In this document: in pieces, positions 46,851 to 59,490 of the stretch
Layout of the letters: each line of letters begins with the position of its first letter
How positions within the stretch are numbered: the first letter of the stretch is position 1
Source of the DNA: Pinctada imbricata
Lineage: Eukaryota
DNA: 64,000 nucleotides
Assembly (NCBI GenBank): GCA_033119305.1
Contig: VSWD01000008.1
Span: 62,132,347 to 62,196,346, forward strand
Direction: 5' to 3'
Made by a program: the position numbers and the translations under genes
Notes under the pieces: model-generated
Database searches by the model: none
Seen by the model: only the letters and a program-made list of their open reading frames with translations
Told to the model about the DNA's origin: nothing

Positions 46851-47009
46851 CTTCAGTAAAGGCAGAGTCAACTCAACAGAGTCTCCTGTTACTTGCCTTA
46901 TAAAGAAAGAGATGTCTCAAACCTCAGATCTCTTCTTCTCATGTGAATGGAACGGAAACATCAAGGTTTGGAAGTCCAATGACATAAAAAGTTCAGCCCG
47001 CTCTTCACG
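46851..47009 (+). CDS. TEP1: TEP1-like exon 47 (WD40).
   Basis: Translation (S)FSKGRVNSTESPVTCLIKKEMSQTSDLFFSCEWNGNIKVWKSNDIKSSARSS. Same frame as ORF-track ORF 46780..47013. Donor CG|GTAAAC. Confidence 0.8.
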
Positions 47010-47168
47010 GTAAACTGATTTTAATTTTTCTGTATTATTCCATCTAAGATATTTTGTGAAAAGCATGATGAAGAATTTGTCAAAGAAAAATATAAATTTT
47101 GTATTTGAAAGTTGAGATAATAAGATATTTACATTTGTAGATATATTATTATTTATTATCTTTTATAG

Positions 47169-47289
47169 TGATGTAAGTAAGAGTACAGGAAACTGGCTTA
47201 TGAAGATGATATCTCCTGGTCAGCATCCCAAGCTCTTTGCCACCACCTCTAACAAGACTGTGTACCAAATCAATCTACAGGCCCAAAAG
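47169..47289 (+). CDS. TEP1: TEP1-like exon 48 (WD40 region).
   Basis: Translation (R)DVSKSTGNWLMKMISPGQHPKLFATTSNKTVYQINLQAQK. Acceptor TTTTATAG| and donor AAAAG|GTAGAG. Confidence 0.75.
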
Positions 47290-47386
47290 GTAGAGTGCTA
47301 TTTGTGAAATGTATATATCTTCAATATTTTAAAATAGATCATGAGAGAGGCATGTGAAAGCTTGATTTTTTTATGTGAATTTACAG

Positions 47387-47599
47387 GGAGGTGACGTGTC
47401 CATGTCAGTTGGTAATGTGACAGAGATACCGAATTTCCTGGACATAAAGAACAATATTCCCGAGCACAAACGGCAGAATAACATGATACTAGACGTAGCA
47501 CAGTATATGGATGTATTTGACCTTCTCTTCATGGCCGACTCCGCTGGACAAGTTAGTGTTACAGGCTCTGATAAACTCTCTGTTAAAGGGAAACTTAAG
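47387..47599 (+). CDS. TEP1: TEP1-like exon 49 (WD40 region).
   Basis: Translation GGDVSMSVGNVTEIPNFLDIKNNIPEHKRQNNMILDVAQYMDVFDLLFMADSAGQVSVTGSDKLSVKGKLK. Same frame as ORF-track ORF 47375..47608. Confidence 0.8.
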
Positions 47600-48020
47600 G
47601 TAAGATAATACTATGTGATTTTATGCAGAAACATTCTTTTATTCTTTGTACCAAGATATTGACTTTGTCTTCTGACATTCAAAAGTTATTTTAAGACAGT
47701 TTAATTTCAACTGGCATATGAGGAGTGTAGTTATTCAAATTTCATAAGTCTATATTTATCATAATAAGTATCACATTCCTTTGTCCCCAAGATAAAGATC
47801 AGAGGGCACATTTTCTTTTCTAGTCCGTCTGTTTGTCCTAAACTTAAAACTTGTTTTTAAATTTTGAATGATATGTGATACAGCTTTCATACTTCATATG
47901 TTTATTGAAACTACTTACATATATGAGCAATCAAGTTAGTTCTTTAATATGCTTATTTGATTTTTAAATACATGTATGTTATCTTGATATTCATTAAATT
48001 TTCTATAATTTATATAACAG

Positions 48021-48164
48021 ATCCATGCCTCAGCTGTGACATCTATACAGTTCCACGGTACATTAATGTTCACCGGCTCCAAGGACCATACCGTCAAAGT
48101 ATGGCAGGTCATTGACAAACATCTAACAAAGCCAATTATTAATTTGGAGGTTGCTTTACAACAG
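48021..48164 (+). CDS. TEP1: TEP1-like exon 50 (WD40).
   Basis: Translation IHASAVTSIQFHGTLMFTGSKDHTVKVWQVIDKHLTKPIINLEVALQQ resembles human IHSGSVTALHVLPELLVTASKDRDVKLWERPSMQLLGLF. Confidence 0.9.
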
Positions 48165-48453
48165 GTACATAGTGTTCTGGGTGTCACATTCATCTTCTCT
48201 TAGACATGTTACAAATTAATTCTTCTGATAGTTAATGATAATATAATACATGTAAAATATTATTATTGGTATGGATTTTATTTGAATAAACCGTTTTTCA
48301 ACCTTAGGTAACAGATGGTACAATATATTTTTTAGCAAATAAAATTGATACTTACAACTCCAAGTAGTAAAATTTAAAAAATAATTGAAACCAGTACAAT
48401 ATATGTCTTTGATGTAATGAGTAAACTAACTTTGCCCTTGATTTTATCCACAG

Positions 48454-48582
48454 GTTGGTTTGTTTTACTGTCCGGCACCAGTGACTTCTCTACAAGTCAT
48501 TCATACAGATTGTAACTCTGTCCGTCTAGCCTGTGGTGATCAGCTAGGAAATATTCACTTCTTGTCATGGAATACGATATAA
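48454..48582 (+). CDS. TEP1: TEP1-like exon 51, the terminal exon with the stop codon.
   Basis: Translation VGLFYCPAPVTSLQVIHTDCNSVRLACGDQLGNIHFLSWNTI* resembles the human C-terminus LQLAVGDVQGNVYFLNWE*. Stop TAA at 48580..48582. A possible AATAAA lies at 48799. Confidence 0.9.
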   Translation, partial: VGLFYCPAPVTSLQVIHTDCNSVRLACGDQLGNIHFLSWNTI

Positions 48583-48699
48583 ACATTGCCAAGCTAGACA
48601 AATCTGTATTTCAACTGATGAAAATCAACAAGAAAATATTCATTTTAGCACAAAATGTGAGAAGTGATAAGCTTATCTTCAAAGAAAAGACATAAAATG

Positions 48700-48790
48700 A
48701 AAGCATGAATGTGTGTATTGAAACATGAATGTGTGTATTGAAACAAGAAAATGTGTATTGAAACATGAATATGTGTATTGAAACAATGTT
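48700..48790. repeat. 22-bp tandem repeat, 4 units, in the TEP1 3' flank.
   Basis: Unit gaatgtgtgtattgaaacat, with one copy reading atgtgtattgaaacaagaaa. ORF-track ORFs 48611..48796 and 48645..48830 are artefacts of it. Confidence 0.85.
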
Positions 48791-51700
48791 CAACAAAAAA
48801 TAAAGGGAAAAAAGTATGAAAGATTTTCATATAAAAAAAAAATTATGAGAGATTTTGGTATATATCATGTTTGTATGTTTACATATTGACTAGCCATAGG
48901 AAAGATATGATTGTTAATTTTATATGGTACATATTATGGTACATATTCTAATGTTTCATTGTTAAGATTTTTACTGAAATGAGTGATTTGTGCAATTATT
49001 ATGGTGTTTTTATAGGGAGCAGATTTTGTATTTTGAAGTTTTTGTAAAATTGTCCATTTTACTTGTTTTGTAATGTCTACCTTAAATATCGAACACATTT
49101 CATCACAACTCCTTCATTAGTTGCATTGATTTCTTCATATTTTTCAGACGAAAAAAATCTTGTAGTATAAATTGTTTAGATACAGCAATACATGTATGAT
49201 ATTGTTTGTTTATGTGCAATGTTTACCGAACTTACATGATCAAAAACATGATGAAGAGATAACAATCCTGTATCAAAATGCTTAGACAAAGCTACTTCAC
49301 TGTGTGTCTGTCTTATTTAATGTTTCAACTATGTATCTCTTTACATATGTCTATATTTTCTTTGTAGCCCTATGTTATATGTTGATTCTCTTTTGATGAA
49401 GATAGCTTAGAAAACAATTTAAACTGAATTGTATGTATGATACTGTCAGTTTAATAATGCATTATACACAGCATCTTGTGTACCTATGTGATAGATAGGA
49501 AAACGACTTAGATCTGTCTGTTTATTAATTTGATATCAAAGTGAAAGGAGGTGAGGTGAGGAGTCATTTATTGCAAAAAAGAACTTTTTCATATTTTTCA
49601 AATGTGTAGAAAAATTCTGACTCTAGCGTAATTCAAAATAGCAAAATCTAACTGGCCAGTCATAAGCTTGTTTAGGCTGAGATAAATGTAGCAATACACA
49701 TGTAGAATTGACTGTAATTTCCCTAGTATATGCTGAAGTTGCACATTGCTAAAGCCACTTTGTAGTGATTTAATCAGGGTAAAATATATTTTGTGAAAGT
49801 GAATCATACGTCATGCTAACATATTTTAGTAGTTGTATCACATATTTCATCTTTTCGTATACAGTAACTACTTATTTTTGTTAAATCGATTCATCACCGA
49901 TGTGGATTAGAACTTCAGGTATGAAAATTGATTGAAGTGAAACTGACAATGTCCACTGTAGGAGTTGAAATTGCAATCTTGGCTACCTCAAAGTGGAGAT
50001 AGTTTTTTTGAAAGACATATAATTCTTTTTTTATGCTAAATAATCATCAATAATTTCTTTCAAATATTTTTAAAAATTTGCTGATTAAGACAAAAAAAAA
50101 TGCACATGGACAGACCTACTGGGTTGGAAGGGGGGGGGGTGTAGGGGATAATGCTTAAATCTTGTAGATCATCAACAATTTTCTTTTTACCAGAAACCAT
50201 AGGCTAGATTCGCCTTCCCTAATGGATGGATTGGTCCCCTCTTAACAAAAATATACATGTAGGTCCGTGCATTAATATTCCTTGGATACTAAATAAGTCA
50301 TTTGCTTAAATCTCCACTATTCAGCCTATCTGGATTTAGGATTAAGGGGATTATATAAAAGTTTTGATAAGTTTTTTATGTTAATGAGCTTACCTTCAAT
50401 TTGTTCTTTCGTGTATTAATGAGATTCTAATTTATTACATTTACCAGTATGGTTTTAAAATATTAAACTTCTAATTGACGATATAAAGTTAACTCAACAT
50501 AAGGCATATGTTACTTGAGAAAAAAAATTCTGGAAGTCTGAAAATTAATTTAGTAAGGTGATACCTATTTCAAGTTAAAAGTTCACTGCGAAAATATCTT
50601 GTTTTTCTGACACGTGGTGAAGTTAAGTAATCTAAAATAACTGTAAGGTATAATTAGTTCTTATTCAGTGCATATTGCAGTTGATTAGAAGATAAATTGT
50701 CCATTTAAGCCCACTTTTCCGTCTCCTTTTCAGATATGTTTGGGTTCTTTGGCTATTTAAACAAAATTCCAACTTGTTATTTTTTATTGTAAAGGTCAGA
50801 CTTACGAGGTTAATCCAGTACAAGGCTATTTTATATTTACCTGGCATTCCTTACTATCTTGGTTCTATTTTCTTTTCCCGCATGATTTATTACGACCTAT
50901 TCTGCTAGTTTTTCACTTTTGATTTTATGTGTCAACAGCTTATGCGGCTGTCAAGTCTGATCCGACAGATGTATCGGGTCGGTGACATATAATCCTGCTA
51001 TCTCCTCACCAAAGGGGCGTTTAGGGGTTGTGTGTAAGACACATTTACCGTTCATACTCGTTATAGAAATGTTAAAATTTGTTACTGGTTAATAAAAATA
51101 CAAATTCTGAAGATGTGTTGACTTGATTTAACATTAAGAGAAAGAAAAGAGAAAAAGGAGCCATTATTTTTACCTTCTTCAAATTTGATTTTCTTCCGGG
51201 TACCATGATGTAGATACCCCCCCCCCTTTCCCTTTAAATAAAACAGATGTTCTGGAGGATGATACCAGGAAGTTGTGTCAATGATGACGGGATGTTTTTC
51301 TGTTTGTCTTTCATAATAATGGTTGGCGACACTGTCCAATACATTTTATTATGATGCCGTTTTCATCGATCTATTTCATCAATATGAATGAATACATTTC
51401 CACCCAGACAGCGGAAAACCCATTGTGTTTGTATGTTTCCTTTTTCGTCATGTCCTGTTATGAGCGAGGGAAAAATAATACACCGACACTAATTTTTTTC
51501 TAGAAATCGTCGAATAGGAAAAGGTTTTATTTTTTCATATCTGTCTGTTTACCAATAATGATTGCATGTGAGTAACAAATAATATTGAGATACTACTGTG
51601 ACTGGCTATTGTATGAAGACGGTATTCATAGGTGAATGGTTTGAGCGAGGGAGAGGGAGAGAGTCAATCGTCAGGGTAAGGGCTCGGACTTTCGCTACGT

Positions 51701-52797
51701 TCTGGTCATACACATGGTTCGAGCGTCAAGTGTCCACGGCTAATGATAAGACGAGATCTCCAACAAAACCAGTTGCAGCGACCACAACGGAACACACACG
51801 AACAATCGTGACAAACAATGAACCAATTACACAATCAATTGTAGAGAACGAGCATATAAATACCGAACGGAACAATACACAAACTCAAAATACAAAACAG
51901 AAAAGGAGGGAGACTATAATGAGTACCAGTGACTGATTTTGGACGGTCATCTGCTACATTCATAACAAAATAGTGTGGTTATCAGGACTGCGTGCGCATA
52001 ACCCTTTCACTTATCTGAATACACTGGTTTTGTAGTAGTTGTTGTAAAGGACATACAAATGTATAGTTATACAGACTCTGAAAAATATCCTTGACACAAA
52101 AAGTATTATGCATATGAACAACCGTCCGAGCTCAGCTGGCTGAGGCAAGCTCACGGCCAAACAGCTGATAAGTCCGATCAACCTTCAGATAGGACAAAAC
52201 GATCAAGGTCCAGCATTCTAGGATGAAATTACGTCAGTGTCCGTCATGTAGTCCCGTCTCACAGTTGCATTGATATATTGTTGATGTCACACTCAAGTTG
52301 TATCTATTTAGCTGTTTGTGGAAAATCAGAAGCACTCCATCCTTTTTTATGGAGGGACTCTACACATTTTTTTACGTAAGACTTGGTGTAACTACGTATT
52401 TACTAAGTTCGGAGAACTTATCATCCTTTACATGCTCTGGATAAAAGATACCTTTACCATGTTTACACGTCCGATACGGGGTGAACGAGGTATTGCTCAA
52501 TCGCTTGAAACATGTGGGAGGGAGTGGAAAGTAGATTTATATAAACCCGATATCACATGCCTGATAAAGTGTCGTAGTAAGTCGTTCTAGATGGGAACTG
52601 GTCAGTACTGGTTTGTATAAAGAATTGTGTATACTTTTCCCTCAATTACGTGTTGGTGTAAGGAGGAAGTTCATCTCTTATGCTATATAATAGATTCAAA
52701 TAAATAGTTCATTAGCAAAAAGATGTATGTTCGTGAGGTGTGCAATCTTATATATTAATCACCTGAATTGATTTTAATATACCACAGAAGAAGTAAG

Positions 52798-52945
52798 ATG
52801 TCTGGAAAACCACAGGTAATCATTATAGGAGCGGGAATCTCTGGTCTGGCGGCAGCAGAGAAGCTGACAAAGTTTGGATTCCATAATTATAAAATACTAG
52901 AAGCCTCAGACAGGATTGGCGGACGGATACATACCGTGGAGGATG
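52798..52945 (+). CDS. Polyamine oxidase-like exon 1 (FAD-binding N-terminus).
   Basis: Translation [49 protein letters not shown] resembles human PAOX RVLVVGGGIAGLGAAQRL...LRVLEATARAGGRIRSE. Donor G|GTAAGC. There is also an upstream in-frame ATG at 52768. Confidence 0.8.
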
Positions 52946-53339
52946 GTAAGCATTGCCATGTAAAGGCAATCTTTTAATTATAAATTCAGCTTTGACAATG
53001 AACTGTCTTATAAGAACGGTTCTTTTAGGATTTTTGTGATCTATAAAACTTTGAATTTCCATGTATATATTTTGATTGGAACATCCATCGTATGTATGGC
53101 TGTTTTTCGTATGCATGTCCATCTACATTGCTTGAGCCCCTGTGTTTTGTGGTCTTGTTTGTGTTGTTCTCTTACAGTGAGGGTGTTGTATGCGTTAATC
53201 GAGAGCTTTGGGTAACCGGAAAGTGTAGGGTTGTGCGCACGTAATCCGGATAACCACATTATTTGCTACGTTTCGGTGTTTTTGGTGTGAGTATTGTAAC
53301 CGAGTATTGTTGGAGATCCCTACCTATCTTTGCCATTAC

Positions 53340-53600
53340 ATTATGAAACACAAGGGGAACTTATAGGGCTTACATATTTCACAAGTGTATTCCATGTGAC
53401 AAAACCGTTTCCATGGATACGAACGTTTTGACCTTGTGGCATTGACCTTTTTTGAAAAAAAAAACTTTAACCTTGGCCACAACTTTTAATGCTAGATGAT
53501 AGGGTTTTCATATTTCACATGTGCATTCCTTGTGAGAAGACCTTTTCATTCATGCAAAATTGACCACGTCACCTTGACCTCGGAGTATGACCTACTGTTT
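53340..53600. repeat. Two units of the pearl-type ~160-bp repeat in polyamine oxidase intron 1.
   Basis: Compare tatagggcttacatatttcacaagtgtattccatgtgacaaaacc and gatagggttttcatatttcacatgtgcattccttgtgagaagacc with the copy A unit gatagggctttgatatttcacatgtgtattccttgtgacaagacc. Confidence 0.65.
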
Positions 53601-53688
53601 CACTGACATAGATGCTGACGGGGGCATTCGCAAACACGTGTTTTTTTTTAAATTGGTTTTTGTATTTTATGCCAATTTTTTTTTTCAG

Positions 53689-54606
53689 GTAATCCAGATG
53701 AAAAGAAAGTTGAACTTGGAGCAACTTGGATTCATGGACAGAAGAAGAATCCGGTGTTTGAACTGGCGAAGACGAACAAACTTATCGACGAACAAGAACT
53801 AAAGAAACAGAGAAAGCGTATGACAGTGTATGTGACAGAAGAGGGTGAAACGATAGGAGAAGATCTGGTAGACAAAGTTTGGGACAAATTAGAGCAATTT
53901 TCAGAAGAAGCTGACGAGTTTTTTGAAAGCGAGACACCATATCCAGACATCAATGAAAGCTATGGAGCATTTCTCCAACAAAGGTTTGACAAATTCCTTC
54001 AGAAAAAGAACAATTCTGAACGAGAGAAGATGGAGCGTGTTCTGCTGAACGAGAAATCGGGCGAATGTGCGTACTCGGGTTGTGATAGTGTAGACGAACT
54101 ATCCTTGAAGTATTTCGGAAGTTACGAAGAACTATCAGGAAAGCACGTCACTTTCGGGAGAGGGTACAGTTCGTTACTTGAAGTTATCAAACGTAACATA
54201 CCAGATGAGAAAATAATTCTTAAGAGGCCAGTGAAAACAATACACTGGGGAAAGACAATGCTAGACGAGGGGACGTTTGAAGTAAAAGTAGAATGCCAGA
54301 ATGGCGAATGTTTCTATGCTAACCACATCATTGTGACAGTTTCTTTAGGGGTACTTAAAGCTCATCATAATACTTTGTTCAATCCATGTCTTCCTTCCAA
54401 TAAACAACAAGCAATAGACAAACTTGGTTTTGGAACGGTGGACAAAGTTATCTTGTTTTTTGACGAGCCCGTACTGGGAAGGGACATAGGCTGCTTGAGT
54501 CTTATGTGGTCATCTGACAAAAAAGATCTGAGCAAAGATGGGAAAATAGCTAATTGGTGTAGGAAAATGAGTGAACTGACCGCAGTATACGGAAATGCCA
54601 TACTCG
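53689..54606 (+). CDS. Polyamine oxidase-like exon 2, a large 918-nt exon covering the substrate-binding region.
   Basis: Translation (G)NPDEKKVELGATWIHGQKKNPVFELAKTNKLIDEQELKK...RPVKTIHWGKTMLDEGTFEVKVECQNGECFYANHIIVTVSLGVLKAHHNTLFNPCLPSNKQQAIDKLGFGTVDKVILFFDEPV...AVYGNAIL. It resembles human [25 protein letters not shown] and KPVKTIHW...[30 protein letters not shown]...[29 protein letters not shown]. Same frame as ORF-track ORF 53754..54731. Donor CG|GTAAGT. Confidence 0.85.
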
Positions 54607-55749
54607 GTAAGTATATGAACATAACTGAAATGAGCAATCATCCAAAAGGCGCGCAAGGGGACATTACTCCTGAATTAAAAAAAGGCACGGTAATGTTGGT
54701 TCTAAAGTTGTTGTTTTTTTTTTCGGAGTAGGGCATATGGATGTTTTAGTTGTCATCTTTGTAGCCTCTTTGGTTCTGGAGTTATGCGCTCTTTGATTTT
54801 GCACACTGAATGGTTTGATTTTTCTTCTTTTTTTTTTTAAATTACATCAAGAACCTGAAACGTGAAATAAATAAATTTGATTAGTTCCAGATCAGCTTAT
54901 CTGTTAATTTTTGTATTCTCATCTGTTATGTAATGTTCTCTTGACAGAAATTCTGATGTTCATTGTATTTTCATCTATCCTCTATTATTTTGTGCTTCCG
55001 AAGCCTTACACCACTGACATGTACTTTATTCTAATCGTGTAAATGTCAGCCACTAACTACAATGTTTTATAGAAATTATTTGTCCATCATGCATCTGTAT
55101 AAATTTACAAAGCTATTATCAAAATTGTAAACAAAAATATAATGATTCCAGGATGGGCACACTTTTTTGCAGAAGATGATTAATTTTTCATGTTCAAGTT
55201 GGACTATACATTTTTTAGAATTCTTATTTCCGACAGATCTTGCGACCTTTGTAAAACGAGACAACGATTAATTAATATGAAATTAGATATATATGTGTTC
55301 TAATTCTTGTTTTGAAATTTGCATAAATTTACATATGTAAATGTGCAGATCGCTGGACGGGGAAGCACCATAGTTACGTATGTAACTCATCCGAGGGTCA
55401 TTTGATACAAAGTCATTATTTCCTAGAACAGTTTTTAAACCTAGAATTAATGTAATCTGGAAAAAAATAGTCCTGCTGTATCTCTGTGTTATATTTGCTG
55501 TTTTACTATAATTTACCCGTGTCTTCAAACAATAGCTTTGATCATTATTAGGTGTTTGGAATAATGTGTTACTAATATACTAATATTTGAATATATCGAA
55601 ATACATATACGTTGAAAAAGAAAGACAAAGAGCATATATAGTTGTTTCAACATTAATTTCTTAATTCATGCAATTTGTAATTTGTCCTGCTTTATCGTTA
55701 CTTAGTGGTCATGTACTTACTTGAAAGCTTTGAAACTAAGTAAGGACTA

Positions 55750-55882
55750 AGCACAGTGGCGGATCCAGCGCCCCGACAAAGGGGGGGGTTTCAACAAAAT
55801 ATACCTGTTTTTTGGAAAAAAATTGGTCAGTGCCGGGGGGCGGGCGCCTCCTCCGCACCCCTTGAATCCGCCACTGAAGCAC
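55750..55882. mobile_element. Small MITE-like element (~130 bp) in polyamine oxidase intron 2.
   Basis: Inverted termini CACAGTGGCGGATCCAG and CTTGAATCCGCCACTGAAG flank a G-rich core. Confidence 0.4.
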
Positions 55883-56039
55883 ACAAAAGGAATATATTCC
55901 AAATGGTGAAAATCCGCAGATCTTTCTAACTTTGTTAAAATTCAATTTACCAGGACAGTTTTCGGTCAGTAGTGTTGGGGGGGGGATCATTTGCAAAAAC
56001 AATGAATTAATCTTATTTGGAAAAAAAATGTCCTTTCAG

Positions 56040-56169
56040 GATGGGTGACTGGAAAAGAAGCATTGGAGATGGAAAAGTTATCTGAGGATGAAGTAACGGA
56101 GAATGTAATGACGGTTCTTAGAACATTTCTACGGAGAGACGACTTACCTACCCCCGTAAAATTGATAAG
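56040..56169 (+). CDS. Polyamine oxidase-like exon 3.
   Basis: Translation (G)WVTGKEALEMEKLSEDEVTENVMTVLRTFLRRDDLPTPVKLI resembles human [43 protein letters not shown]. Acceptor TCCTTTCAG| and donor AG|GTAAAA. Confidence 0.85.
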
Positions 56170-56820
56170 GTAAAACAGGATTTCATGAATACTACGTCAT
56201 CGCCCAATCCTTGCATGTCCATTTTTGAGACTTGAATCACCAAAATACATATTTTTTTTGTTATCAGAAAATGATCATTATGCACCCCTCCCAAATAAGA
56301 GATAACATAAAGGGAATGGTTTCTTGAAATCAAGATTATACGACAAAGCCCATATAAGTTCAATCGAATTTTTAAAGGAGTAAACACGGTTATTGCGTGT
56401 CAAGAAAGTCACCACCTTTCACAAGGCGGATGAAAGATAATGCATCAAAAGCTCAAGAGCCCGAAGCCATAGATCCGGTTAACTACGTCATCGATTCCCG
56501 AGTGTCTTCTTCTAGAATACGGATATCCTGTTGCATATTATAGTGTTTAGCCTGTAGAACTTTAACGAGCATCATAGGCATTTGAATAGTTTACAACTCG
56601 CCCCCTCCCCCCCCCCCGTAATTAATCTTATTATGTAATTTGCCAATTCATAAAAAAGGAAGCAAAAGTGCATAAAAAGGTTCTCCATAGTTTTGAGTTG
56701 GTGCTTTCAGGTAAAACGAAAACTGCGAATATCCCATTGGCTTCCTTCAGACGTATATTTTGCCATGTCGAGGAAGACTAAGTAGGGATTTTTTTTATTT
56801 TTAAACATTTTGCTTTTTAG

Positions 56821-56938
56821 GACAAGATGGGGGAATAATCCATCAGTTCTTGGGTCATACAGCTTTGTCAAAGTAGGATCAAGTACACAAGATATAAGGT
56901 ATCTACGGGAACCAACCAGTGCCACCTGCTCAGAAAAG
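56821..56938 (+). CDS. Polyamine oxidase-like exon 4.
   Basis: Translation (R)TRWGNNPSVLGSYSFVKVGSSTQDIRYLREPTSATCSEK resembles human [34 protein letters not shown]. Same frame as ORF-track ORF 56810..57010. Confidence 0.85.
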
Positions 56939-57000
56939 GTATGCAATCCATGTCACCCACTTAATAAGCCATTCAATATCAATAATTTACCAAGGAAAGG

Positions 57001-59490
57001 TAAGACATAGACGCATACCAATCATTGACACTAGGGGTAAAATCATTGACACTAGAGGATATCATTTACACTAAGCACATTGGAACAATTTGACACATTG
57101 GCATTACTCTGACAGTCGCTGACACTACAGGGTAAGACATCAACACACACACACAAAAATAATTGACACTAGAGTGTAAGACATCTACACTAACCAGCAA
57201 ATCACTGACTCTAGAATGTAAGACATCTACACTAACCAGTGATTGACGCTAGTGTAAGACATCAGCACTAACCAGTCAATGACACTAGATTGTAAGACAT
57301 CTACTTACACTTGAGTGTAAGACATCAACACTAGCCAGTCATTGACACTATTGTAAGACAACAATAACTAATCATTGAAAATAGAAGGAAAAACATCAAC
57401 TCTAACTAGTCATATACACTAATGTGTAAGACATCTACACTAACTTATCATTTACACTTGAGTGTAAGACATCAACACTTACCGTTGATTGACACTAGTT
57501 TAAGACATCTACACTAACCAGTCATTGACACTAGAGTGTAAGACATCTACATTTTACAGTCATTGACACTAGAGTGTAAGACATCTACACTAAGTAATCA
57601 TTGACACTTGAGTGTAAGACATCTACACTAAGTCATCATTGATACTTGAGTGTTAGACATCAATGCTAAACAATCATTGACACTAATGTGTAAGACATAT
57701 ACACTAACTTATCATTTACACTTGAGTGTAAGACATTAAAACTAACCCGTCATTAACACTTGTGTAAGACATCAACACTAACCAGTCATTGACACTAGAG
57801 TGTAAGACATCTACACTAAGTAATCATTGACACTTGAGTGTAAGACATCAACACTAAACAATCATGGACACTAGAGTGTAAGACATCTGCACTAACCAGT
57901 CATTGACACTACAGTGTAAGACATCTACACTAACTAATCATTGACACTAGTGTAAGACATCTACACTAACCAATCATTGACACTAGACTGTAAGACATCA
58001 ACTTTTAACAGTCATTGACACTAGAGTGTAAGACATCTACACTAAGTAATCATTGACACTTGAGTGTAAGACATCAACACTAAACAATCATTGACACTAG
58101 AGTGTAAGACATCTACACTAACCAGTCATTGACACTAGTGTAAGACATCAATACTAACCAATCATTGACACTAGAGTGTAAGACATCTACACTAACCAGT
58201 CATTGACACTAGAGTGTAAGACATCTACACTAACCAGTCATTGACACTAGAGTGTAAGACATCAACACTAATTAGTCATTGACACTAGTGTAAGACATCA
58301 ACACTAATTAATCATTGACAATAGAGGGAAAAACATCAAATCTAACTAGACATTGACACTAATGTGTAAGACATATACACTAACTTAACATTTTCACTTG
58401 AGTGTAAGACATCAACACTTACCAGTCATTGACACAAGAGTGTAAGGCATCAACACTAACAAGTCATTGACACTAGAGTATAAAACATCTACACTAACAA
58501 GTCACTGACACTAGAAGGAAATACATCAACACTAACCAGTCATTGACACTAAGAGTGTAATACATCAAGACTAACAAGTCATTGACACTAAAAGGAAAGA
58601 CATCAACACTAGCCAGCCATTGACACTAGAAGGAAAGACATCAACACTAACCAGTCATTGACACTAAGAGTGTAATACATCAAGACTAACTAGTCATTGA
58701 CACTAGAAGGAAAGGCATCAATACTAGCCAGTCATTGACACTATAAATAAAGACATCAACACTAACCAGTCATTGACACTAGAGTGTAAAACATCTACAC
58801 TAACCAGTCATTGACACTAGAGTGTAAGACATATACACTAACCAGTCATTGACACTAGAGTGTAAGACATCAAGACTAACTTATTATTGATTCTAGAGTG
58901 CAAGACATCTACACTAACTTATTATTGATTCTAGAGTGCAAGACATCTACACTAACAAAGCATTGACAAAAGAGGGCAAGACATATAGACTAACGAATCA
59001 TCGACACATGAGGATATATTATATATACACTAACTAGATAAAAAGATATCAGACATCTATACCAACCGATCATTGACATTAGAGGGTAAAGCACCAACAC
59101 TAACCAATCAACGACACTCGAGGGTAAGACAAGTACACTAACCAGTCATTGACACTAGAGTGTAAGACATCAACACTAACCAGTCATTGGCACTAGAGTG
59201 TAAGACATCAACACTAACTTATTATTGACACTAGAGTCCAAGACATCTACACTAACAAAGCATTGACAAAAGAGGGCAAGACATATAGACGAACGAATCA
59301 TCGACACATGAGGATATATTATATATACACTAACTAGATAAAAAGATATCGGACATCTAGACCAAACGATCATTGACATTAGAGAGTAAAGCACCAACAC
59401 TATCCAATCAATGACACTCGAGGGTAAGACATGTACACAAACTTATCAATGACACTGGAGGGTAAGACATTTACACTAAACAATCAATGA
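57001..59490. repeat. 38-bp satellite of about 65 tandem units (~2.5 kb) in polyamine oxidase intron 4.
   Basis: Unit is tgtaagacatctacactaaccagtcattgacactagag, with variants such as ggaaagacatcaacactagccagccattgacactagaa. Confidence 0.9.

Larger units (their letters stand above)
15421..48582 (+). other. TEP1: Gene span of a telomerase-associated protein 1 (TEP1)-like gene. It has 51 coding exons and a predicted 2786-aa protein. Domains in order: Ser/Thr pentapeptide repeats, TROVE, vWA-like, DUF4062, NACHT, WD40.
   Basis: The exon chain is phase-consistent at every junction and sums to 8361 nt, a multiple of 3. Every junction uses canonical AG acceptors and GT donors. From memory, long stretches are collinear with human TEP1: ASLYARQQLNVRNVANN...[47 protein letters not shown], the NACHT Walker A motif, ESPFNNQ and the C-terminal WD repeats. 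The stop codon is TAA at 48580..48582. Confidence 0.85.

Noticed and set aside
51598-51936. ORF-track 112-aa ORF on the plus strand upstream of the polyamine oxidase gene.
   Set aside because: It has low complexity (RGRGRE..., TTTEHTRT...NTQTQNTKQKRRE), no recognisable domain and no splice context. It is more likely 5' flank or UTR or promoter DNA of the oxidase gene.
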